DNA from: Tubiluchus corallicola
Taxonomy: Eukaryota > Animalia > Priapulida
DNA length: 64,000 nt
Assembly: GCA_030141605.1 (NCBI GenBank)
Contig: JAQGDQ010000306.1
Span: 124,001 to 188,000, forward strand
Direction of reading: 5' to 3'
Below, in pieces: positions 37,540 through 53,519 of this stretch. Under the pieces are notes generated by a model, which was not told the origin of the DNA, searched no databases, and saw only the letters and a list, made by a program, of their open reading frames with translations. The first letter of the stretch is position 1. Each line of letters begins with the position of its first letter. Position numbers and translations under genes: made by a program.

Positions 37540-40500
37540 ATATGTTTGGAAGTAAAAAACACTTTCATGATCAGCATTGCGCTGTACTTGATTTTTATGT
37601 TGTTTAATAGGTTGGTGAGTCAAGACCTGCCTTAATCACAAGGAACTGGGTGGAGTGGTATGAAAAAAGTTGCCATTTTCATTTGCCATCAAAAATAATA
37701 TCTCAATCGCTGAGCCGCTCAACACAGAATCAATTTTTCTCACGCGTAATAGTCTCAGCAAAACGGCTTTTTAAAACACAAGTTAATTAACCTATCACAT
37801 TTAATTAGCAATTTACGGATTCAATCTTGGAAAATTTAATTAACTCTAATAATATAAATTGCTTTGAGCGAAGCTACGTTAAACAAGCAATGTAAACGCT
37901 TGTGTTACACTTGAGTTTTCAGAAGTTCAATCAACGGGCTTCAAGCCGCTTTTGTTATTACATTACATTACGTATATCGAATTCTGCTCCACTGAGGACT
38001 GGAACTGGAAACACCAAACGGTCATTTATAGATCTAACATTCCATTCTATTACATAATTACATGGGAAAATATGAGTTTGCTGAAGTAGTGTTATTGCTG
38101 ATAATAAAGCAAAGTACAGTAGTCAAACACAGCAAACAGTTATTATTTTATAGAGGCAGCCGTATGGACCGAGTGATGGTTTCTTCATAAAAAAACGAAT
38201 CATATAGCATCCTATGAATGCATGGGAAACGATAATTTTCTTCAATTAACGAAATTAAAAATACGTTTTCCTTTACCATAATCATTTTCATGGTATCATT
38301 TCGTTCTAATTTTTGTACAAGTAAGTTGAGATTTTTGCATCAACATTGTACAAAAAATTTACAGTGAATTTCAGGTCTGTTTTAGGCTTGTCTAATTCTA
38401 AAGTGAATAATATTGGGCACAAATATAATAGCTCATTCTGTCTAGGGCCTATGCTTTTAACAAAGTAAACCATTTTTGCGATTAAAAATTTCAAAGAAAG
38501 TGATTTACCATTTCATAGCTAACCAACTGTATAATAATTTTTTTAAATTTTTGTTAGGAGCATACCACGTTTCTATTGCACACTAGCAGTCATCGTCAGT
38601 AGCAGCCATCATCAGTTTCCTGACGATATTTCCAGAATGTGCAGTTGAAACATTGCATTTTTAATAAAAAATTAGCAAAATTTAATATGTAGTAGATTGT
38701 TTACGAAACAGATATTGTTCTTGTTATAAAGAATTTAAAAACTTCATGATTCACCATTATTACCAATAAAATCGTTTACAATACTTAGCTCCATACTTAT
38801 TTAACTCCAAGTAAAAGTCTCCTGAACTTAACAGAGCAACAGACAAGTTGTAAATCCAGTTTAAATGAAAGGACACGTTATTTGGCATATTGGGTTTATA
38901 TTATTGTTATCATTTAAACTTAAAAAATATAACAAAGAGTTTTGCAAAAAAACTGATTATAAAACATCAAGCTAATTTATGCTATCGCTGTACAGAAATT
39001 TTCAGGCGCGGTGGATGCCACTGTTCACTTGTAAATTATGACGTAACTGGTGGCTTTATGACTTTTCGTAAGCTCATCGTAGTTTTTCGTAAGCGTGCGC
39101 TGATAAAATAATGACTACTGCAGGTTACCTGGTATCCAAGCAGAAATATCAAAAAATTAGCAGTCTAATTTTTTATAAAAATTTGTTAGACATTTGATAC
39201 ACATTGACTGTGCGCTACTTTTCTTCAGTCCTCGAATGACGTCATTGGTGGAAAATGTGGGAGCTCAAAATGGGAGCGCCCAAACGTCAAATGATTACGA
39301 CTTAGTAAAGTGATTTTACTAATTTCACAAAACACATCTCATTTTTATTGCAAACGCTTTTTTTACCGTTTTCGTGAAAATTAAAATAAATTTAACTTCC
39401 CAGAAGGCTTGGCTTTTCCTTTAATTACTAGTTGTCAAGTCGCGGCTTTTCCACTTAGATATGTTTAGTGTGGGGACGACATGTGTGTTTATTTCCAGTA
39501 GACAGTAGGCAGGATACCGAATCTAGAACAGTTTAAAGCATTGATGATATCATTAAGGCCTGTTCACGCCTGCATCTATAAGTTTCGACTCATAAAACGT
39601 AAGAGGAATGCGAATTTGGGTACATACAAAATTTAATAACAATTACAGAAACTGCATAACAAAGCTAATAAAAAACAACATTTACACAATGCTAAAGGAG
39701 TTATTAGGGAGTCCACTCGTTGATTCGCCTGCCGAATACGAGTTAACTAGCTAGGTGCAGTCATAGAATACTGGCTACAGTTCCTACTGCGCACATACAG
39801 CTTCCTGCGTCATTAACTGTTAGAATAGTAGTTCTAGGGGCTGCCGAACTAATTAACAGGAACGTAATATATGACGATCATGCACAGTATGGAAGACGTG
39901 TTCACAGTGTAAGTATTACCGTCATACCTTCAATTCCAAATAGTTCACTCACCACCTGGTCAAACTGCAGAACTGAGCCATACTGGACCACAGATCCGTC
40001 TGTAGAATGACGTTTTTTTTTATTTTTTATTTATAATACATCTATCAACTGAAGGCAAGAGACTTTTATGTCCATTAAAAACATCGTAAAGTACATTGAC
40101 AATGTATAGAGTAAAATACATGGTACAAGGTCAGTATAATATAAACACACAAATATGTATAAATAAATTAAAATTGCAAATAAAAGGATGAAAACTTGAT
40201 CACGTTGCTCTCTGTTGGCCTTTTAGTAAGCATAGACAGTAATACTGACAGATTAAAACCTAGAGTCCACATCTTGTGCGTTTACCTGTCCAAACCACAT
40301 GCTAAGGAAGAGAAACATCTTTCCCAACACAGGTAAGGTCACTGACGACGTTACTGCGCATGCGTCAGGTGTAGAAGTCCGAGATTTTGGCAGGTTGGCA
40401 AGCAACTTCATTTTTAGAGGTGTTTTAGTAGGCCCTTTGCACCTAAACAACAACGACTGTCTGTAATAACGTTGCCTAACAGATTATGTGAAACATAACA

Positions 40501-43500
40501 CTAGTACGGTACGTTAATACACAACGCAATGTAGTATAAACCAGTCTATAGAAAATGTATTCTTATTAGTTTCCCCTTCTTATCCCCGCAGTCCTCTAAA
40601 GGCGTTTTGACCGATTACTGACCCACAGAACTAATTAATTCGACCTCATCAGGACAACAATATATACTTATACATCAGTAAATCACAACTTCATATCTAT
40701 CGTTTGTAACAATCAATAAAAGGAGTAATATAAAGTAAAATGGCACTACTTAACACTGGCGTACTTGTGAGAAATAGGTCATGCATAAGATAAATAATCG
40801 CGCTTTTTTCTTATCCACCAAAATTTGGCTATACCTGCAGCGCTGTAATACAATTATAAAATGTACCTTTTTGTTTGTGACAAAACACGAAAAAAATCGA
40901 TCAACAACGATCTCTTGTTTGAGTAGTAAATATTCGCTTCTTGTTTTTACCTATGCTATGTTTTGTGTTTGCCTCATTTGTTGTTCGTTTAACGCTCCAA
41001 TTTTAGTTAAGTTTTTTATGTCTATTGTTTGGATTAATAATTGTGGTAATTTCTGCTTTTTCACTTTTATTCAAAGTCTTGTGTAGTTCTACGTCCCAAA
41101 GTACCTTCATTCTCAATCTTTCTTAGCCATTTTTCTTCACCAGCACAGTGCATGCTCATTTTGACTGTTCAAACAGTTTCAGTCAAATGCATTACGTGAC
41201 ATCTATTTGTTATTGGTTTATACGCTGCTGACTCTAGCTGAAGCCAGTACTCTGGCTGGAAACCACTACATTGGTTTTATCCACTATCACAGGCTGGCAT
41301 GCAAGTACTTGAAGCCCAGTGTAATTCAGCGACAGAGACGTGCACGGCGCAAAATCACTCAGCCGTGTCACGTTCAACTTTCAACGATTTGTTGCAAGAG
41401 AAGCCAAAATTGTGATTAAAATGATTGTATAAAAAACGCACTTCACCGTTATCGTGCGTATATCTTCTAACGGATTTTCAGTGTTTCGTACCGACATATT
41501 TTTGTTCAGCTCTTTCATCATAAGAGTTTCATTAATTCTGTGAAACCCGTTTGTGATGTGAAAACTAAATGAAGAGTTTAAGTTATCGTTTTTCATTCTG
41601 TCTTGCATGTGAATTAGTTCAATGGGTATACAAAATGTCGCTTAAGACTTTAATCTTTTTTGGATCACGGTCGTGCTAGTCCATGATACGGTAAGATGAT
41701 TTGTTGCATAATTGCTGAGCGTTTACGTCCATTAAGAGGCGCTGTGGATTACATATAATTCTTATTGTGAATCGTATACAGTTTTGAAAACTTATAATAA
41801 TGGCGTGTAATAAAGCCATTTGTTTTACTGCTTTGCCCTCTAATAAACAGGCAACAGCATTCCGAGTAGTACGAGGAAATGCATGCAGGCGTTAACTAAA
41901 CAAAAATATTTTTCAAACAAATGATAACTACGGATTAATGTAAAGTCATGATGTAGATTAACAAATTTTAGATATATGAATTAAAGACTTTGGACCGTTG
42001 TATTTCAAAAGACTGAGTTTAGCCAAAATATTTTCTTATACCTGAGTTGCACTGCTAGATCTGTGCTTTCTCGCGTTCGTCCAACAATATATAATTGCAT
42101 AAACACCGTAGAGCAGAGATGAAAAATATAAGCAGTGTAGGCACTAAAAATGTCATCTTTGGAAAATATCCATCGTCTAATTATTTATTATCACCAAGAA
42201 CTTATTTTAAACCTACGTTTTAAAAATCGGAACATCAATAATCATTATCATGGTGTGTATGATATAGACTATAAGTTTTCTTGTCACGAATGCAACAACT
42301 CATATATTGAGTAAACTGCGCACCAGCTTTTGGTTTGTATCTGTGAATACTAAAATTCAAACTGTCGGCTAACAGATGCTGTAAGGGGAATATGACAAAA
42401 AGAATATTAAATTTTTGATTAGGTATTCCATACATATAAGGTTATTAATTAAAAGTAACTATATCTTATCAAACAAGAAACTCCTTCGTAAATTCAAACG
42501 CATTGAATCGCCGTTTGCATCGGTTTTGTATTAAATTTTGTAACTAAAGTATAATTCTGTTACTGTTTTTATATATTCTGAGCAACAATACAAGAACTCC
42601 TGCTTATATCACGTTATTGACACACTTAATTATGCGTCTTTGCAAAAGCCAAATAAGTCTCGCATTAACAAATTTTATGACTTCATGCATTTGAGTAGCT
42701 TATTAATGTAGTTTGCGTACAGTGATCTGCGTAATGTGCTATCAGTTAAAGGCTTATGGCGCCAGTCTCTCATGCAGTGCTATAAATATGTTGCAGGGTC
42801 GTAAATACTAGTCCTAATGGCACCATCGTAATATTCCACAAATCAAAATCAAAATTGTTAGCATTAAAAGAACTCTGCGGCCTTTTTCATTTTCAGGAGA
42901 TGTACTGCAGCAGTTTATTGATTTTTACTGTTAAAATGCAAAGTTCATGCACTTCAAGCGGTAAGAAAATAAAGGTGTACGTTAAGAAGTGATAGAAACA
43001 TTGGGTTTGCAGAAAATTACTTTCTCAAACAATGCGATAAAAACTGAAAATTTATTGCTGACTTTTCAACTTCTCTTTTCGTCATAAAAATTACGAAGAC
43101 CCGTGTGCCACCTTCCTCGAATAAAGAATTCGTAACAAAAAATGCCTTCGTTTTAGCAAACATTTGAAACAGAAATTAGACTTTTAAAGGTAAACACAGG
43201 ATAGCACCTAAAGGAACTAAAAGTGGTACGAGATGTCCACAAACCTCAGTTTAAATAGGTGCAAGTTGCTAAATAACAGTTACACTCTACTTCGATTCTG
43301 CAGGAAGAAAATGATGGAATGATCACTTCGACTGCATAGTTACTACAAAAGCGTTTACGCAAAGATTGTTCTCATTTGAATCGCTTTTTATGCGTGTTTA
43401 CCTTGTTCTGAAATATGCCTTGTTAATTTAAGTGTAGGAACACATTGTCGTTGCATTTGTTCCCACTAGTTTTACTTGAGTTAACTATTGACATCATTTA

Positions 43501-45092
43501 CAATGGTAGAATAATCCGGAGAAATATTTCCGAAGAATAATCCGAAGGTTTGCTAGGATGCCGTGAGTTTCAGTCGAAGTGAACGTTTTCAGCATGACAG
43601 TTTCTACGTTCATCCTTTCAAGAAATTTCATTCTACAGACTTGTTTGTATCTTAGTTCTGTCATTTCAACCGCAGTTTTTTTACTAAAACTGAGACCGTG
43701 ACAACGTAACTAAAAACAAAAAAGTAGTCAGTACCTAGCCAGAGGTTTAAACCGAGAATGTATCCGAATTAGAATTTTTGACAGGCCAATAAAACAATAT
43801 TTAGTTATATTTTAGCTTAAAATGTTACAGCAAAAAACGTTTAATTTATGAACTGGCTTAATCCTCTTTAATTCAACAAATTCAATATAACACTTATTAC
43901 TGAAGTTGTGAAAAAAACTACTTCATTTCAGTAAGACGTGGCGAAGTATTACATAAATAGATTTTAGGTAAATCCTAAACCCACTTCAGTAAAACCTCTT
44001 GTGCTCAAGATAATTCGTTACAAAAATTCGAGAATCCTTTTAATTTTAACTTTTTGCACATTAATCTAAGCATTAAAATCAGTCCAATGTGTTTTGTGCT
44101 ACAGGTCTGTAATTATCCCACAGCAAAACAAATCGTACACCAACGATTAAGCAGCTAACTGGTATCACGCAATTTGATTCTGCAGAAAAGTTAAAACAAT
44201 TTTGCTTTAGTTCGTTGAGAGTAATTACATTCGCTTAGAATCACGTCGTGCTAAGTGCTCGCTAGTCATATGCTGTTTAAATTTGCCATACAGTAGCTCT
44301 ATTATAGCATCTATTTAAACTTATCAGATATTATTGATTGGTTTAGGGCAATAATTGAAACGGTTAGAGAGCCTGGCGTGTACACACAGATAGCCTAATG
44401 AGTGGTTTTAAAGGTAAAGTGGTGGGTATAGCACAGCAATTTTGTCTTAATAACATCTGAAGGTATTGCCAATTCTGTGGGTGAGAGGAATTATGCACAG
44501 AATATTATGCGCAGCAATATATCAGTAACATCTGTAATAACAATACTGTGTCAAATAGGTGTCTTCTGAACTACAAGCCGGCTTGGTGTGCATTGTTACT
44601 TAGCCCCATTTTTGGTTTTGCCAATTTCCTGCGTAGTTAATTACTACTGCTTATCGATGGACCGATAAATTTTCTCTTCTAGTCCATGAATACCTGTAAA
44701 AGTTTTTATCTCCAAACTCGCTCGAATCATGGAAGTGTGTTCGAGAATTTTGTGTGTAATATTCCCTGTCTTGAATCAACAATGTAAACAGTTTGTTTGA
44801 TTGTAAGGTGGTCACCTACAATCATTAAATGTCTTCGTGTTTTTTGTGTATAGCATGTTACAATACGATCGTAAACAAATATTTGGTATATCATGGATCT
44901 CTTTAGGTTAATATTTGTAGAAATCAATGGGTATGTCTACTTTAATTTCTTTATTCCAAGTGTAAATATGTGACAATTCCTTTTGCAGCTTTTGCAGTTA
45001 TTCAGGTACAATACTACTTTCTACTAAAAGAGAATGCAGAATGCCCAGGCCCCCAAACCACCAACTCGGGTTACCATATTCTATAGTTCACA

Positions 45093-45558
<466 letters not shown>

Positions 45559-46894
45559 GCATGGATTTTAAAAAACGAGGCCCTAATTTCAAACCTCCCT
45601 GGATGAAACATTAACCAGAAAATGCTACTGCAGAAAGGTATGCAGTTACGATGTTTCATTTGATTTCGGTGCTTAGCTAAACCCACGCACATATTGTTTT
45701 CTTGCAAACGTGCGTGTTAAGAATGTCCACAAATTTCAGTGCTAGGACACTTTACTCAACATCTTTACACTGTTTGTGCATGCTACCGCATTATAGTTGA
45801 ACAGCTGACATACACCAAACACTATTACAGGCACTGAAGAGGAAAAATCTTCTAAAATAAGATCTTGGCAGTTGGAGTGCCACGTACGATGACATCTTTG
45901 ATAATGACGATGTCGATGGCCAATGTTGATGAAGATGATGAGAATAACGGTGACGACGACGACGACAACGATGGATGATTAGGAAATGTTTGTTATCTTA
46001 CAGAACATTTAGGAATCTTTTCGACAATAAAATATATCGTGCACACAATGCGTGAATCTTTTCAAACCGTCGCCATCTTTTCATTCAATCAGGCTGCTTT
46101 TGCTCTAAATCAGCTGGAATAAACACGTCTATTTCCAGGCAGACGCCAATATGCATAGTGTATGCCCAAGTGGATTTATTTCCCTTTCAAACAAACTCTT
46201 CGAGGCTGTACTGTGTGCATGACTAGCATTTCGACGAGAATCAGTTTCAGTTCTGTCTTCAATTTAGTACTGATTAAGCGATTTGCTGCAAATTGCAGAC
46301 GGCCAGAAATTAATGGTGACCAACTGATCATTGATTCAGCTTTAGTTAAAAACGGCATTTCGGTTTTCCCATAATTGCATGATCGCGTGGGCGAATCAAG
46401 TGCGGGTGTCGTGTGCCGAAAACCAGCGAAGCCACGCCGTAATACATTTACGGCATTTTAAATAGTAAAGTTAGCCTCCAACAGCAAAAGAACAAGTTTT
46501 TCTGTGCTATGCTCTTAGTAAAAAAAACAACAATTACCTAAAACATCAATGTGGCTTCTCTTCTTGCTTGTTTCGAACACCAATTTCCCAAGTCAACCTA
46601 ACATTACTATTTTTATCTGAGTATTCAGTTCGTCAGATGAAGTTTGTGTAGTTATAATTTGCCTTCCTCAGCCGCTGTAAAATCAAATTCACCAAAATAA
46701 GAAATTGTATTCATTGATGAAAGCTGGGATCATATTTTAAACTCTTTTCATTTATTCACTCATTAATCAGTTCATTTATTCACTCGTTAATTTATTCGTT
46801 CGTTCGTTCGTTTGTTCATAAATTCATTTAGTCATTAATTCATTCGTCCATTTATGTGGTTTACTTCTAGCAGACGCATGAAATGATTATGTTA

Positions 46895-48378
46895 CAGACA
46901 ATGTGCAAAATTTAGACGTTTTGTAAAATTCCTAGGCATTTCATATAACAGCTATGCATTTTGTATTTCAAGGAAAGCGTGAAATTAATGCTTTTGCTGC
47001 AGCACTTTCACATTTTACCTAGACGTTTTGTATAACAGTCGGGATCTATACAAAGAGCGTAAAGTAACTTTGGTAAAGCGTAAAATGAACTTAGTTCTTG
47101 TGTAATTTCGACTTTTCCTAGATGTTCTCCACATTACCTAGGCATTGTATAGAATGCTTAAATCGACTTAGTCTGTGAATTAAATTAAGCAAACAGTTCC
47201 AGTAAGTAGGTGAGTAAATTGTTTTATTGGTAATAGAACATTGCCATCTCTGACAAGCCGCTTGATTAGATGCGCCACTGTCCATACCTAGGAAGCCCAC
47301 TGTCCAATAAACGCATTTCCGAATAAAGTATGTGTGGAGCATCGAAATGGAGTAACTCGTGTGGCCATTGAGATACTTGCAAAACAGATCTTTAAGAGCA
47401 AAATTCTGAATGAAACTCTGCCTGTCAAGCAGAGATCATCTGGAATTGTCGTGATATCAAAAAGCTCGAACTATTCTGTCAGCAAAAGCTTCGCTCTGTT
47501 CTAGTCATTGTCTAGTCAATCTTCATAAAAAACACTGTCAGCGCTAGAGAAGACATGTCATTAGATTAAAAAAAATAGGTTCTTCATCAAATTCTCTTCA
47601 CTGGACTCACAACTGGCAAAAGGCTCTGAGGATGTCCTTTTCGTCGCAACAAAGACTAATTGAAATTCATTCAAACAAACCGGAGTCATAGTCAAAATAT
47701 TCGAAAATCAAACCTAGCAGCATTTGTGCCTGAAATATAATCATACATAACGGACCGCTTAGAAAAAACGCGAGAAGAAAAATTTGCAAAACGGCAAGGT
47801 CATGGTTCGACGAGTTCAAATGCGCCCTCCACCAACTGTTCATCGATAAATGTTTCATTGAAAAATTGGTTTAGTGAGCCATCGGCGTCTCCTCCACAGA
47901 AGAGGAAATTCCATGCGTCACCTCCACAGAAGAGGAAATTCCTCTTATGGAATGATAACCGTGAAAGTGACACTGGAAGGAACAAATTCTCAGATGCAAG
48001 AAAAGTCCAGTGAACACGTGAACGAGTGTACTTACCATACAAACTTCCAAACACTTTGAAACATCACTTATTTCGCACATTCCCTAACTTATAAGATACA
48101 TTGTAAGAAACGCCGGCGAAATCTATATCAAAACAATTGGTTGTTTATTTATTTTTACATTAGCTAATTTACTCAATATTTTATAAAACGCCAATGAAAA
48201 CTATACCTAAAATCTACGAAAATACACATTTTGCCTAAACAAACTTTTCATTTTATTTTGTATTATATAATACACAGGAAACTGAAAAATTTATTGTAGA
48301 CGATTTGCGTGAATTGTTTCGGCACTTCATAAAAATGCCTAGGCATTCAATAGAATGCCCGGTTTCACACTTCGTCTG
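46895..48378 (+). mobile_element. TA-flanked non-autonomous DNA transposon carrying an RTE LINE fragment (copy 2)
   Basis: TA|CAGACAATGTG...CACACTTCGTCTG|TA; CCTAGGCATT subterminal motifs. Internal ~47236-47890 translates to PYLGS, VEHRNG, RDIKKLELFCQQKLRSVL, HQILFTGLTTGKR..GCPFRRNKD*LK and KIGLVSHRR (RTE/BovB-like C-terminus). Confidence 0.8.
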
Positions 48379-49144
48379 TAACCATTACATGTACAGATAA
48401 TATATGTACTTTGAGTAGAAGATAGTACAGGTGCATTTTCAAACGGTGGGATGTTGCGTAGCCGAAACAGCGCGTCATTAGGCTACTGTTAGTTACCCAC
48501 ATACAATGTAATGTTTTAGAGGCTGTATTATGGTCTCAAATTGAAGTCCAAAAATCCATTTCACTACGTGCGAAAGTATGAAAGAGCGACACCCTGCTGT
48601 GGCAACAACAGTGGCAATATTCAGAAGAGAGGCTTCCACTTGTTATATTTTAATTTGAATTGCTCTTGTAAGCCTACATATGCATACTGCACTGCTTATT
48701 AGTGCTTAAGTGAGTATTTGTTTCAATTACTGTAGTACATTTATATCATTCAGTTTCTTAATCTTTGAGATATAAACTCATGCAGATGTCACTGGTGAAG
48801 TTTTAATGTCACTGGTTTATCTTCGCATGAATTTGCACAAGTCAAGTGAGTCTCGAGTGCAAGTTCCTTCAAGAGAATTTCATACTTACTGCCGTTGCTG
48901 GGAAGACAGAGCATAGGCCTATAATAATAATAATGCAGTCACTTTGTTGTTAATCTGCAGTATGAATCCTTTATTGCTTTGATTTTATTCTCAATAATTC
49001 TAGTGGTTTGCACAAACTGCTGTACCTGTATACCAAAGTGAAGCGTAAAATCATCCATTTATTTTCTATATTTATAAGTTGTTGGTATGCAACAAGGTTA
49101 TTATCAAACATACACACAAGATGTCTTTACTTCTCATGAATCTG

Positions 49145-50472
49145 TACGTCAAGTTCACCACATGTCTTTACTAAAAAAATGTCATCAAAAGTCTAAATAG
49201 CATTCTTTGCATTACTCCAAAAACTTTACGGGCGTTTTATGATTGCTTACAGGAGTATATAGCCTAGCTGACGTCAAAGGAACACAAGGTAGAGTTTTAC
49301 AGTGAATTAAGATGTATAGATGGTGATCTTTTCTCTCATAGATTATGGTAGATTCGGTCACTTCTTTTTCTAATATCCGTGCCAGTTATAGGACTAGACC
49401 TTTAAACTGATGATTTCGAGCTTGACTATTCCAGCAGTATTATCTTATATAAAGCCTAGAGACTTTTTTCTGCAGCAGCTCTAACGTAAAATATGATGAG
49501 ATTTATTTGTGCAAACGTTACAGAACTCATTTGGAATACAGCGTGACCGTATTTCGGAAACCATACAGGAAGTCCTAATGGTTTCCTGTTTGCATTTCTC
49601 ATAATACCTGTTCTCGAAGGAGAAATCGATCAACAGTTATGATAACAAGATTGATCAACATAGATAAACCTGCAAAAGTATAATATGCCTGGAAATGAGC
49701 GTACTCACTATGTCTGCATAGTCAGCTCGGTATTACTTTCTACTGTTACAAACAACTCTAATTATTTTTTCAAATCCAATTGAACCAGATTCAAGTGTAA
49801 CCCATTCTCTTCCAACATTAACGTTTTGTTTTAGCTGATCATGTTGTTAAATATAGGTGCCGCAACCATCTATGCCTACGTCGTTAGACATGGGATGTTC
49901 TTCTTCTCTTCCTTTTCTTCCTCTTATTCTTCTTGATCAGCGTTAGCTTGCCTTGTTTAAGTCCAGCAGCTTAGTATAATTACCTAATACTCCTAATGCC
50001 ACACGTGTATTTACTTTACTAGCGCAGCTTCTTTTTGTTGGTAAACATAAACATTCCCCAAAATGTACCTGTTCCGTAGTTCAGTTTTGTTCATTTAATT
50101 TTTACGTTAAACTAAAGTTGAGTTGACGAAGTAATAATAACGGAAAATCTCTTTTCTGCGGCGGTTTTCACTAACCATGCATATAACTAGAAATTGCGTG
50201 TACATCAGTACACGTCCAACAACATCGTTCTTCAACAGCTTAGTACTAAATTAGCTGCAGTAGATGTTAAAGATGCGTGCCATACGACAACATATCCAGA
50301 AAACTGACTCATAAAGTCATGCAAAAGCGGTTTCAAGTTCCATTGCAAAACAATAGCATGTTACAGATTACAAAGGACTTTTCCTGATAAAAATCGGAAA
50401 TATTCCAATAAAACTGAAATGCCCACGCAAAATTCCTTTCAATTTGTAAACAAATTAAAAATACTTGACGTT
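49145..50472 (+). repeat. 1.33-kb segment directly repeated at 53520-54847
   Basis: Constant offset of 4375; no differences seen by eye. Confidence 0.95.
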
Positions 50473-53419
50473 GTCGTTGTCATTATTTTTGTTATGGTTA
50501 CTTTTGGTGGTACTATTATACTTTTTGCTTATTGAGCCACAGAATAGAGAAACAAAAAACTATACAGGAGAGTTGAAAAACGAACATACTACTGCACCAC
50601 ACAAAACGAAGTAGAAACATCATCTACGTGGTAAAATGGTTCAAGCACATATGCAGTATTGATTTGTTTTTTGGATACCAATCAACAAATAATTTCCATC
50701 CTAAAAATATTTTTATTGCTATCTTCATGCGGTGCAGCCAAAATCATTCCATGTTGCTAATACTGTAGTGATTCAAGTTTACCACTGATGGCTTTGATAA
50801 ATTTCTTTCTATTAAACGTATCTTGATGCTTCCAAACATGTCCAAGAACCAGATCAAACAAAAGAGTTTTAATGACAGAAAACCATAGATTACAATACTT
50901 CAACTGTGAATGACTAACTTATTCTAGATATAATAAAAATAATTTGTGCGCACTTTTAACTACGCATTAGTTTACTAATCTCATTTTTCTATTTAGCCTG
51001 CAAATTAGTGCAATGCATTAATTATAATGTTAATAACTGTTTTCTTTCTCTGTACGTCTGCTTTTCTTTCACCTAATTACTATCCGTTCTGAACAAATTA
51101 TCCCTCTTATATATAAAAATAGCTTTAAATGCATTGTTGACATTCTGCTGTTGAACTAATTGGATTTTCATTCCTTCAGGCTGTAGAATTGAACATTACC
51201 AAAATTAACGAAATGAAACTATACGACGCCTTAATGCTTTAACAATTCACGAATTGCCATGAAATTAAATTTTATTGGTTTAGAACATTCTCTGTTTCCT
51301 TTAACAACCTTTTACTGGAAAGAGTGATAGAGAATTTTATATTACAAAAAGTGGGAAAATTTAGAAACAATATGGCAGCCGAAATAATTTTACAAGATGC
51401 CTTCGGCTTTGTAACGTCAGATCATCCCATTTACCGTTGCCGTATAAACGGAATGTATGTGTAATTAATTGTGTGTAGCGTCTTAAAAGATGTATTAGAA
51501 TTATCCTTCTTAAAGATTTTCTTAGAGTTTTCCCGAAAGTCCACGGCTGCATTTATTTTTTTAGCTGGGCTACGGGAGTGGAGGTCGAATATGTAAACAG
51601 TCGTTTAGACTGGTAATGAAATAATAAACACTATCGACAAATACATTCAACCAGAACTTTTTCGAATTGCAAAAACAAATAGCGCATGGCACAGCAGTTT
51701 GTGTCTAGATATAGTATGTTCCTGTGTATCGTGATAAAAAAATTATAGGTTTTAAAAACTCCTTAAGAAAACACACGCTCAATATAAACTTAACTGGCAA
51801 TTATACTGGTGAAAGTTTCGTTTCACTACACACTTGGTACTATTGATGTAATACCCAGTATTGTCAATTAATTATTTTTAATTATACTCATGTTCGCATA
51901 AAGACCGTCAATATAACTGACAATTACAAATAATTATAACTGTCAATACCAGTTATAACAACATTGGCCGCTGGTATGTATACTAGGTTAGGGTGTTCAA
52001 GTGTTCATAATGAGTCGCTTTTTTCTTCCATTGTTTCATTTTGTCTTCTTTGTATCTACAGTATACGAAGGTCGCTTAATTCGCCCTTGGACTGTTTTTA
52101 ATTAATCTTCGTCATTTTTGCTGGGTAGATTAATGAGTTCATCTGAGTCAAGTTAAGTTTATGGAAGTTGAAATGCATCTGATGCTTTTGATTCTGATTG
52201 ATGAGCTCAAATCGGTTTTAATTTTAAACATATACACGTCATTACTGTTTCCTAATTCAAAAGTAGTCTCTTTGCTAACTAGTTAAAGATCCAATTACGT
52301 GAATGGTGATGTTTGAAGAAGCGTTTTCAGCGAACAGGTGAAGAGTAATGACTGTCATTACAAAATCCCACCAAGGTAGTCTACTTTTTTGTTGTAAATA
52401 ATCGATAACGTCAAGTATTTTTAATTTGTTTACAAATTGAAAGGAATTTTGCGTGGGCATTTCAGTTTTATTGGAATATTTCCGATTTTTATCAGGAAAA
52501 GTCCTTTGTAATCTGTAACATGCTATTGTTTTGCAATGGAACTTGAAACCGCTTTTGCATGACTTTATGAGTCAGTTTTCTGGATATGTTGTCGTATGGC
52601 ACGCATCTTTAACATCTACTGCAGCTAATTTAGTACTAAGCTGTTGAAGAACGATGTTGTTGGACGTGTACTGATGTACACGCAATTTCTAGTTATATGC
52701 ATGGTTAGTGAAAACCGCCGCAGAAAAGAGATTTTCCGTTATTATTACTTCGTCAACTCAACTTTAGTTTAACGTAAAAATTAAATGAACAAAACTGAAC
52801 TACGGAACAGGTACATTTTGGGGAATGTTTATGTTTACCAACAAAAAGAAGCTGCGCTAGTAAAGTAAATACACGTGTGGCATTAGGAGTATTAGGTAAT
52901 TATACTAAGCTGCTGGACTTAAACAAGGCAAGCTAACGCTGATCAAGAAGAATAAGAGGAAGAAAAGGAAGAGAAGAAGAACATCCCATGTCTAACGACG
53001 TAGGCATAGATGGTTGCGGCACCTATATTTAACAACATGATCAGCTAAAACAAAACGTTAATGTTGGAAGAGAATGGGTTACACTTGAATCTGGTTCAAT
53101 TGGATTTGAAAAAATAATTAGAGTTGTTTGTAACAGTAGAAAGTAATACCGAGCTGACTATGCAGACATAGTGAGTACGCTCATTTCCAGGCATATTATA
53201 CTTTTGCAGGTTTATCTATGTTGATCAATCTTGTTATCATAACTGTTGATCGATTTCTCCTTCGAGAACAGGTATTATGAGAAATGCAAACAGGAAACCA
53301 TTAGGACTTCCTGTATGGTTTCCGAAATACGGTCACGCTGTATTCCAAATGAGTTCTGTAACGTTTGCACAAATAAATCTCATCATATTTTACGTTAGAG
53401 CTGCTGCAGAAAAAAGTCT
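50470..53419 (-). repeat. 2.95-kb inverted copy of 53835-56784
   Basis: Coordinates sum to 107254 throughout; mirrored identical ORFs 51361-51552/55702-55893 and 52275-52460/54794-54979. Confidence 0.95.
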
Positions 53420-53519
53420 NNNNNNNNNNNNNNNNNNNNNNNNNNNNNNNNNNNNNNNNNNNNNNNNNNNNNNNNNNNNNNNNNNNNNNNNNNNNNNNNN
53501 NNNNNNNNNNNNNNNNNNN
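53420..53519. other. Assembly gap (100 N)
   Basis: Run of exactly 100 N, a typical unsized scaffolding gap. Confidence 0.99.

Noticed and set aside
47667-48080. Minus-strand ORFs that superficially resemble a Tc1/mariner transposase C-terminus (QFFNETF..., HDLAVLQIF)
   Set aside because: The plus strand gives a much longer co-linear series of RTE LINE motifs; the minus-strand resemblance is antisense coincidence.
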